The position numbers and the translations under genes were made by a program. Shown piece after piece: positions 53,897 to 64,000 of a DNA stretch of 64,000 nt. Each line of letters begins with the position of its first letter. The stretch's first letter is position 1. Under the pieces are notes generated by a model that was not told the DNA's origin, did not search any database, and worked only from the letters and a program-made list of their open reading frames with translations. The stretch is from positions 101,990,001 through 102,054,000 of the forward strand of contig OX597822.1 of NCBI GenBank assembly GCA_951406725.2, in the 5' to 3' direction. The DNA is from Octopus vulgaris. Lineage: Eukaryota.

Positions 53897-54254
53897 TGTA
53901 TGTATGTATGTATGTATGTATGTATGTATGTATGTATGTATGTATGTATGTATGTATGAATTTATGTATGTATGTACGTATGTATGTGTGTACGTATGAT
54001 GTATGTATGTATGTATATATAATGTGTGTCTGCATATATAAATGTATGTATACGTTTATGCATTTCTTTTGCTGGATTCTTGATGCGAAAACGTGTTGAA
54101 ACATGTTATACTTGGGAATGGTCATCTTTTATGGCTGTCCTTCAAGTATAACAATGTGAATGCGTATGTGTGTGTGTGAGATGTAAAGCGTGACTGGAGC
54201 CTCCAACCAAGCAACGGCTGTTACCGCATGGAGATAATTAAACAAGTATTTTAA

Positions 54255-54468
54255 CCCTTTCATTACCAACCCGGCTGAAACCGGCTCTGAGTACAAATGT
54301 CTTGTTTTCATAAGTTTTGCATTAAAATTTTTCACCAAACCTTAGTTACAATTAATGTTCCTAACACTAGCTGAATGATAACTAAGTCATTTTACTAAAT
54401 TCTTTGCTATATTTAAAGTAATTGGAAGAAACACAGAGCATTTCAGAATAAATACGATAATGAAAGGG
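54255..54468. mobile_element. piggyBac-type MITE
   Basis: TTAA duplication (54251-54, 54469-72) and TIRs ccctttcatta / taatgaaaggg. Confidence 0.88.
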
Positions 54469-56364
54469 TTAATGGAGGTGTCCACCAAAACATACTCAAA
54501 TCTAAATGGTTAATTAAGAAGTTTAAGTTATCTAAATTGATAATATTTTTTAATTACTTCCTATTTAAGGTTATGAAATGATTAATTAATTAGATAATAT
54601 TCAAACTAAATATTCAGTAATCTTTTCAAAATGCTCTTCGAGAATGTCGTGGATAGGCGTGGGCGTATGATAAGAAGATTGCTTCCCAACTACTTAGTTC
54701 CAGGTACAGTCCAAGTGCATGACACCTTGAGCAAGTGTCTCCTACTATAGCCGCGGGCCGACCAAAGCCTTGCGAGTGGATTTGGTAGATGGACACTGAA
54801 AGAAGTCCATTGAATATATATTATTTATTGTGTGTGTCTGTGTGTCTGTGTGTGTCTTTGTTCCTGTGTTTACCCATCGCTTGACAACATATGCTGGTGT
54901 GTTTATGTCCCTGTAACTAAGCGGTTTGACATCAGTGACCGATGCAATATGCACCAGACTTTAAGATAAATACTTACGTATTTCTTTACTGCCCACAAGA
55001 GGCTAAACACAGAGAGGACAAAAAAGGACAGACAAACGGATTAAGTCGATTATATTGACCCCAGTGCGTTACTGGTACTTAATTTATCGTCCCTGAAAGG
55101 ATGAAAGGCAAAGTCAACCTCGGCGGAATTTGAACTCAGAACGTAACGGCAGACGAAATACCGCTAAGCATTTCGCCCGGCGTGCTAACGTTTCTGCCGG
55201 CTTGCCGCCTTATACCTTTAAGATAAATCCTGGGATAGATTCGTTCGACTAAAATTCTTCAAGGCAGTGCCCCAGCATGGCCACAATTTAATGACAGAAA
55301 CCAGCAAAAGATAGAAGATAGCTAAATATGTCAACATAAACGTCAACACATTCCCACACACACATGTAGTTACTGTTGTATAGCTTAATGTCAGTATACT
55401 AAAATATTTACACCATGCTATTCTGCGTGTTTGCAGATTTTGTTTGAATTTAATAAATAAAGTGTGTTTAGTCCCTCCAGCTCAATTATTTCTTTTTTCT
55501 TTTTCTTTTCTTTTTCGTTGTCCGTCTATATGAGTTTCAATATACATTCTCATCACACGGTTGTGTATTTCTATTTGTATGCATTACTCCTGTGTGCATT
55601 TTAGAATATTTACATCTGATATTTTATTTTTTCATAACTCTACGTACACAGTTTCATTTCGAGTAACTTTTAACTGTTTGCTGTTTGCAAAAACGAAATG
55701 ATGGATGTTTCTTATAGGACAGATAAACGATTAGAAAAAACAACATTCCTGGGACGTAATTTCAACAACCAACTTGATTTATTTTCATTATATTTTAGAA
55801 ATTAATCAACGATAAAAACATTGTGGTGAAGAAATTTCCCCTTTTTTTGTTTTTCTTTTTCCTTTTTCTGACAAGCTAGGAGTCAGTTCTATGTGGACCA
55901 ATTCTTTTACTATTCAGTTAAAGCCAGGACCTCAGCTTAGAATTTAGTCGTTCGTATAACAAGAGCTTTAGGCACCATATTATTATGATAGCGTATAAAG
56001 TTAGTGTTGCCCCTCTTTTACTCTTTTACTCTTTTACTTGTTTCAGTCATTTGACTGCGGCCATGCTGGAGCACCGCCTTTAGTCGAGCAAATCGACCCC
56101 GGGACTTATTCTTTGTAAGCCCAGTACTTATTCTATCGGTCTCTTTTGCCGAACCGCTAAGTTACGGGAACGTAAACACACCAGCATCGGTTGTCAAGCA
56201 ATGCTAGAGGGACAAACACATACACACACACATTGTATACTCCGTATGTATTTAATATAGCAGAAGACACTTGCCCAAGATGCCACGCAGTGGGACTGAA
56301 CCCAGAACTATGTGGTTGGTTAGCAAGCTACTTACCACACAGCCACTCCTGCCCCTGTATATAA

Positions 56365-56845
56365 AATCTATTCGCCATGTTTGTTGCATACCTTACGACA
56401 CTGTCCTAGTGTTCTCCGTATATATTTAACCCTAATCTATAACTGTGATATAAGTTAATACACTTTCATTGTATACTCCGTATGTATTTAATTCTAATCT
56501 AGGATTATAGTATATTTTAGAACATTTTCATAAGAGTTTCCGTATATATTTAATCTTAATCCAAAGTTGTTGTATCCGATGCTTCACCTTATTAAATATC
56601 TCCATTTTTAATTCTAATCCAGCATTGTTGCATATATTACTACACTTTCATAGTATTCCCCGTGTATATAATCCTAATACAGGATTTTCTATACGTCAAT
56701 ACACTTTCATGGTTCGCATGTTATATACACTAATACACTTTCATAGATGTCTCCGTATATATTTAATGCTATAAATTCTCTGTATGTATTAAAACCTAGT
56801 CTAGGGTTATTGCGTATGTTACGTCTTCATAGATAACTCTGTATA
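56365..56845 (+). repeat. Degenerate ~60-bp minisatellite, about 8 units; related units at ~58740-58780 and 59018-59320
   Basis: Recurring acactttcatag....ctccgtatatatttaatcctaatctaggatt. Confidence 0.8.
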
Positions 56846-56911
56846 ACAGTTTAAGTCAAAAATGTTTTCTTATTTTCAGTAATAGTTCTTGGAAACATAT
56901 ATCTCTATGCT

Positions 56912-57331
56912 ATACCTATTTCTTTACTACCCACAAGGGGCTAAACATACAGGGGACAAACAAGGACAGACAAACGGATTAAGTCGATTACATCGACTCC
57001 AGTGCGTAACTGGTACTTATTTAATTGACCCCGAAAGGATGAAAGGCAAAGTCGACCTCGGCGGAATTTGAACTCGGAACGTAAAGACAGACGAAATACC
57101 TATTTCTTTATTACCCACAAGGGGCTAAACATAGAGGGGACAAACAAGGACAGACAAACGGATTAAGTCGATTTCATCGACTCCAGTGCGTCACTGGTAC
57201 TTAATTTATCGACCTCGAAAGGATGAAAGGCAAAGTCGACCTCGGCGGAATTTGGACTCAGAACGTAACGATAGACGAAATACGGCTACGCATTTCGCCC
57301 GGCGTGCTAACGATTCTGCCAGCTCGCCGCC
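56912..57331 (-). mobile_element. Family A SINE dimer
   Basis: Junction gacgaaatac|ctatttc at ~57099; TSD atctctatg(c/t)tatac. Confidence 0.92.
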
Positions 57332-57449
57332 TTCATCTCTATGTTATACCATTGGTTGATATAACTTATTGTCCAATCGTTGCTACATTGTTTATTCTTT
57401 ATATTCATATATAATATATAAACATTGTTTATTCTCTATTTTACAGCTT

Positions 57450-58711
57450 TGATAATGAGGGGTGAAAAACATTTGGAGAGTGTGAACAGATGCTATTCAT
57501 AAGTTCCTTATGAAATGACCAATGACCAGGCTCAACGACGTGCGAACTTTTGTAAAGAACAGCTGGAATACCCTCGAGTCGCCCATTTTTTTACGTCGAA
57601 ATCTAATTGGGGATTAAAAATGGATTTATTTTCGTAATCCTAATAAGAAAAATCAATGGCTTCGTTTCGGCCAGACTTGAGAATCTATAGTCAAACAAGA
57701 GATGTTTGAACGGAAGGTTATGCTGCATGTTTGGTGGAATTTAGAGGGTGTATTTCACTTTGAGCTTGTCCCAGATGGTGATGCTGTGAACGCTAACCTT
57801 TATGCTCAACAATAGCAGCGATTATATGGCGTTTTGATAGCCCGTTACCCGACACTGTTCAAGTGAAGACGTGCACTTCTACAGCATGATAATACGCCAG
57901 CAAGCTCTATCAATGTGATTAAATATAAACTTGAGGAACTTGAAGGGTTGGAAGTGCTGCCTCTCCCTGCCAACAGGATAGACTTTTCATCATTAGATTA
58001 CCACCTTTTCAGAGTATTATATCACAATACTGCACAGTGGCTGTGTGAGCTTTTTAAAAGACTCCGCCGGTTACGACGACGAGGGTCCCAGCTGATACGA
58101 TCAACGGAACAGCTTGCTCGTGAAATTAACGTGCAAATGGCTGAGCATTCCACAGACACGTGTACCCTTAACGTAGTTCTCGGGGATAATCAGCGTGACA
58201 CAGAGAGTGACAAGGCTGACCCTTTGAAATACAAGTACAACTCATTTTTGCCAGCTGAGTGGACTGGAGCAACGTGAAATAAAGTGTCTTGCTCAAGGAC
58301 ACAACGCGTCGCCGGGAATCGAACTCACAACCTTACGATCATGAGCCGAATGCCCTAACCACTAAGCCACGCGCCCTCACGCTGTGTGAGCTACGAAATC
58401 CTCGTCGCATAGACTTCTCCCTGTATATCTACGTATTGGGCTAGCCTACTTCATCGTCTGGGGGCGTCGACACAACACAGAGCCATGCTCATTTCCTGCT
58501 TTGCGTGGATCAGGTTGAAAACGGGTGCAGGGAGATTTTTGCCTTTAAACCAGCCAAATGCTATAAGCGTGGAATTGAGCTTCACAACGATGGCAAAAGA
58601 CAACAGAATATGATGGGATATATTTTGATGAATAAACGATTTACGTACATAATTTGTTTAAACTATTAATTAAAGCTTGAAATACGAAAAAACTTTTGAC
58701 TCAACCAAGTA
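57450..58711 (+). mobile_element. Decayed mariner (5'-truncated) carrying nested insertions at 58015-58477
   Basis: KVMLHVWWN...FELVP...LLQHDNTPA...LDYHLFR|AM; right TIR-like aaaacttttgactcaaccaagta. Confidence 0.85.
58052..58380 (-). mobile_element. Chimeric SINE (OR2-like head, tail shared with 32427-32822)
   Basis: 12-bp TSD gctgtgtgagct at 58040-51 and 58381-92. Confidence 0.9.
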
Positions 58712-60861
58712 TATTTAAGCTTAAGCTACAGTTTACGTATACATTACATCACTTTCTTAAATGTAGCCATATATATTTAAAGGCGGCGAGCTGGCAGACA
58801 CGTTAGCGCGCCGGGCGAAATGCTTAGCGATATTTCGTCTGTCGTTACGTTCTGAGTTCAAATTCCGCCGAGGTCGACTTTGCCTTTCATCCTTTCGGGG
58901 TCGATAAATAAAGTACCAGTTTCGCCCTGGGGTCGATGTAATCGACTTAATCCGTTCGTCTGACCTTTTTTGTCCCCTCTATGTTTAGCCCCTTGTGGGC
59001 AATAAAGAAATATATATCCATATATATTTAATCTCAATCTAGGATTTCGCGTGTTTCTACAGTTATAGTCTTTTACTCTTTTACTTGTTTCAGTCATTTG
59101 ACTGCGGCCATGCTGGAGCACCGCCTTTAATCGAGCAACTCGACCCCGGGACTTATTCTTTTGTAAGCCCAGTACTTATTCTATAGGTCTCTTTTGCCGA
59201 ACCGCTAAGTAATATATAAATATATATAGTGCTCATATATATTTAATCCTCACCTACGAGCGTTGTGTACGTTACAACAATCTCGTAACAATCTCCGTAT
59301 GTTTATTCCTCATCGTATATGTGCAACTATTTTGTTCACAATCTTAGCCAAAGGGGATTCAATGATAGCGAAAGTTATCATATTCAAATAATCATTAGCA
59401 TTTTACAAGTGACACATAATACATGACCTTTAGCGAAAAAAACTATTAAAATATTACATTATAATGAAATATACCGTGAGTAATGTTTTACCTATGAAGA
59501 TTAATACGATAGTCTGGGGAAACCGAACAAAATTATATTTCTATTTGATAAAAATATTTATTGCAAATAATATGTACATAGTCGAAGCTTCGTTGAATTT
59601 ATTTACATATATAATTTCAAATATGAATTTAATTGCTGATGGGCAGTAAGCTAAGCAAATAGCTGTTATTTTTACGAATACCACTTAAATTGCATAACAA
59701 TATTTTAAGAAATTCGAATTTTTAAAAGTGTTTTAGTAAATATGGTTAAATATCAAAAGCAATAGACCTTTAGACTAAATTATCAACGCATAGCAATGTG
59801 TTACGTATGTATGTATGTATGTATGTATGTATACATGTAACTCCACCACCCTCCCCACTCTGCCCCACCCTCACCCTCACCCTACTCCACCAGACACTGA
59901 TACTAAAGGTACAAACACACAGGAGCCCCAAATTTCCCAACACCCCTCCTGTAAAAATAGTTGTATTGTTTACTACGATTCGTCATTCGATGAGTTGTGT
60001 GAGGATATAAACAATCTGGACGAGGCGATAAAAGTCGTTAACGAAGGGTGTGAGGGAAAGCCCTCGCATGTTAACTCTTTTACTCTTCTACTTGTTTCAG
60101 TCATTTGACTGCGGCCATGCTGGAGCACCGCCTTTAGTCGAGCAAATCGACCCCGGAACTTATTCTTTGTAAGCCCAGTACTTATTCTATCGGTCTCTTT
60201 TGCCGAACCGCTAAGTGACGGGGACGTAAACACACCAGCATCGGTTGTCAAGCAATGCTAGGGGGACAAACACACACACACAAACACACACACATATATA
60301 TATATATATATACATATATACGACAGGCTTCTTTCAGTTTCCGTCTACCAAATCCACTCAGAAAGCATTGGTCGGTCCGGGGCTAAAGCAGAAGACACTT
60401 GCCCAAGATGCCACGCAGTGGGACTGAACCCGGAACCATGTGGTTGGTTAGCAAGCTACTTACCACACAGCCACTCCTGCGCCTATATAACTATGTATTA
60501 ATGGACAGAAAGAACTCGCAAAGTTTAAGAAAGGATTACGAGACAAATGTCATTATCTCACAAATGGGAATAGACAGAAGGCGAATGCAGCCAACGGTAA
60601 GTTATCATGAACTTTTAAAAGAATTTAACGTGGACATATTAAGCGATCATTTAAATTATTGTTTTAAAAACTGTTTCAATGAGATCACTTGAATTGTGGG
60701 GTCCGAGTGGCCTCCATTTCATCCATTCATTTCATTTCTTATACCATCCCTCTCATTCGTTTTGTTTTTTTTTCCCCCACGTTTGTGTTTTTGTCCATCT
60801 TTGTACTGTCCCTTTATGTTTATTCCCCTGTGGGCAATAAAGAAATCGTTATTACAATCAT

Positions 60862-61105
60862 CTGAAATGGAATTTGTCAAAGCGCGATATTTTACTTTCA
60901 ACTTCAAAAAAAAGGACTAAAGCAGCTGAAACGGATCGCGACATCAACGAAACATTTGGTGAGGAAATGACCAATGAGTGATCAGCTCGAAAATGGCTTA
61001 AACGATTTCGCAATGGAGACCTGACCCTTGAAGATCGTGAGCGTAGTGGACGCCCATCTGTCATCGATGACGGTCAATTAAAGACCATCATTGAGAAGGA
61101 TACAC
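60862..61105 (+). mobile_element. Mariner 5' (HTH) fragment
   Basis: KGLKAAET.RDINETFG...KWLKRFRNGDLTLEDRERSGRPS. Confidence 0.85.
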
Positions 61106-61212
61106 ATTTTTATTTTATCATTCCATCATATGTAAACCCCAACACTTTGTGTCTGTCTTTGTATTGTCCCCTCATCCCTTGCTCTAGCGGCAACTAAAAG
61201 AAATCATCATCA

Positions 61213-61262
<50 letters not shown>

Positions 61263-61267
61263 ATTAT

Positions 61268-61773
61268 TCAGTAGTTTTATTTTTATAGCGTGCTTTCACT
61301 TCACTACCGAGCGCAGCTCTGTGTGCCTTGGGTATGTGCTGTGATTTGTTGTGATGCTCTGATGGTTATTGTATGGAAAGTGTTCTGCGTAGGATGTGTG
61401 CAGTGCCTAGTAGTGCAATTTTCTGTATGTTATATGTGTTTGTAAGTCCTGGTGTTTTTGTTATGTATTTGTCTGAATATTTTTTTATCATGCCTAATGC
61501 AACTACTATGATAGGAATTGTTTCTGTTTTTAGATTCCACATTCTGGTTACCTCTATTTCCAGGTCTTTGTATTTTGAAAGCTTTTCCATTTCTTTTAGA
61601 AACACGTTGTTATCTGCCGGTATTGATACATCAATTAGAAAGCATTTTTTTCTTCATGATATCTGACAACTATATCTGGTCTGTTGGCCTTAATTTCTCT
61701 ATCTGTGTGTATCGGCATATCCCAGAGTATGGTTGCTTTCTCGTTTTCTGTGACCTTTTCTGGTGTGTGCCTA
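61268..61773 (-). mobile_element. Dong/R4 LINE 3' fragment flanked by (ATT)n on both sides
   Basis: Near-identical to 9065-9571. Confidence 0.92.
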
Positions 61774-61836
<63 letters not shown>

Positions 61837-61839
61837 GTC

Positions 61840-62125
61840 GCACAGTATCCAATATCGTGACGTTGTTAATTAAAGATGTTCTGTATTTCGGGGGTTTGTA
61901 CAGTCTGTCAAGTTGCAACGGGGTCCTCAGGCAGACATTACTTCACACAATATACGTGCAGTTTCAATTTTTGCAATACACCTAGATTGTAGGGTATTTC
62001 TAAAGTTTCCAGATCTGTTTTGAGATTTGGTGGTATTGAACCCAATGTTCTGATAACAATTGAGACAACCTTTATGTTTGACTCTCGTAGCTGCCACATC
62101 TTAGCGACCTCAATTTCCAAATTAG
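61840..62125 (-). mobile_element. 3' fragment of a second, diverged Dong/R4-like family
   Basis: LEIEVAKMWQL...VVSIVIRTLGSIP...LQK, followed by (AAT)n. Confidence 0.65.
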
Positions 62126-63007
62126 GTTGGTAGGGATATACAACCCTAGCGGATACTCTATTCACTTTTACCTGTTAATAATACCGGCTAATCTTCGCGA
62201 GAGTAGAAAAGCTCCAGTTAGTTTATTTTACTATCCACAGTATTTGTATATACAAGACAATCCTTTGTAATATTAGTTATGTCTTTTAGCCTATTGTATA
62301 CTCTTCTGTTGATAGAATGTAGAATGCGATGTTATGTTCATGTGGAGTCATTAATGTCGCATGTAAAAAGAGTTCAGTTGGCTGTTGGCGAAACTGGATT
62401 GCGGACAAGAGTGCACGAAAAGCTAGCACTACAATGATACTGGTAAGAATAAATAGCTACAGATAGCGTAGATGTCAGTCAAGAAAAGCAGGAAGATAGT
62501 TTGTCGTGGAATGGAATCAGAAATGGTTTTATTGATATAAAAAGGTTCATTTTAGTAAAAATAAAATAAAAATAAAAAAACAAATGGATTAACTATATTT
62601 TGTTCATTTATAAAGACGGAAAGACAAAATATAAACAACAACGACAACAACAATAACAACAAAAGGAAATATAAGCTTTTAGATTCGTTATCTTCTGATT
62701 TATAAGTAAAGAAAAAACATCTCTCAGACAGATTTGCAATACAGAAGCTGATTTAAAATGCCAAACTATTTCTTTGGAGATAAATCTTACTTGCAAATGG
62801 AAACAATCTAAAAACCGTATATATATGATTATTTCTGAAACGTTTAGCGTTCGGCGTAGCTTCATATTTATTTGCCCTCTCTTTATTTGTTGTTGATGAG
62901 GACGACGACGACGATAAAGACAATAAACGACGACGACGATGACGACGATGATGTTGATGATTGTGCTGAGGATTATGATGGTGGTACTGATTATAACATA
63001 AACTTAC

Positions 63008-63055
<48 letters not shown>

Positions 63056-63059
63056 TTAC

Positions 63060-63140
<81 letters not shown>

Positions 63141-63155
63141 TACATATATATATAC

Positions 63156-63216
<61 letters not shown>

Positions 63217-63617
63217 AATGCGAAAACTAATTCCTGTGTGTCCGTGTGTCACACTTAGACCTCTTCTTTCACTATTTGATGACACTCTTACTATTCCTCA
63301 TGATGGAGTGAGAGTAACAGTAGGCATAGAGACGGTGAGAGCGGGGGCGAAGACAGAGAGAGAGAAAAAAAGGAAAGAGAGGGAGAGAAAGAGAGACAAA
63401 GGAATTTGGGGAGAGTTGATGTTTTATTAAAAGTAGTAGTGTTGATGGTGGCAGTGGGAGTAATAATAAAAGAGAGAGAAAAAGGGAGAGGATGTACAAC
63501 TCTGTTTAACCATGTTTCTTTGACAGAAATTCCTGTCACCAGCAAACTGAACACTATCATTTTTGTTTTATTTTTTGCTTACTTTAATATATATATATAT
63601 GTTCTATATATATATAT

Positions 63618-63652
<35 letters not shown>

Positions 63653-64000
63653 TATATATATATATATATATATATATTCTTTTCTACTCTAGGCATAAGA
63701 CCCGACATTTTAGAGGAGGGGCCAGTCGATTAGATCGACCCCCAGTACGCAACTGGTACGACCCCGAAAGGATGAAAGGCAAAGTCGACCTTGGCGGAAT
63801 TTGAACTCAGAGCGTAAAGACAGACGAAATACCGATAAGAATTTCGCCCGGCGGGCTAATGTTTCTGCCAGCTCGCTGTCTTACTATAATATAATAATAT
63901 AATATAATATAATATAGTAAATGTGAATGTCATGTGTGTCGCACTTTTTCAACTTTACTACTAGAGGCCGTAACCCGGCTGACTCCAGGCCGAATCCGAA

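Noticed and set aside
56365-56845. CRISPR-like periodicity
   Set aside because: Whole units are degenerate copies with no unique spacers; eukaryotic context and no cas genes

Overview
AT-rich, repeat-dense eukaryotic DNA. The tRNA-derived SINE families, (TA)n/(GATA)n/(TATG)n/(AAT)n microsatellites and transposon content point to an octopod cephalopod genome (inference from repeat families). The only convincing host coding content is a recently duplicated pair of GT31 (beta-1,3-galactosyltransferase-like) exons at 1896-3275 and 15327-16655, inside a ~4.6 kb segmental duplication. These proteins are atypical: the DxD motif reads NDE, they end in a hydrophobic tail, and copy 2 has Gly at the presumed catalytic Asp. 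The rest is Dong/R4 LINE pieces in (AAT)n arrays, decayed mariner, Chapaev-like, hAT and RTE elements, non-autonomous Helitrons, MITEs and many SINEs. Most long ORFs in the track are microsatellite artefacts. The most intriguing non-coding signals are: (1) a SINE whose 184-nt body forms head-to-tail multimers with one invariant junction and complementary ends, suggesting a circular-RNA or template-jump intermediate; (2) non-canonical hammerhead-ribozyme-like motifs in Penelope-like repeats; (3) near-perfect fold-back palindromes in (TA)n tracts; (4) a 655-bp (AAT)n block flanked by a 191-bp direct duplication; (5) locally templated repair scars. All alignments were done by eye and no database searches were run.
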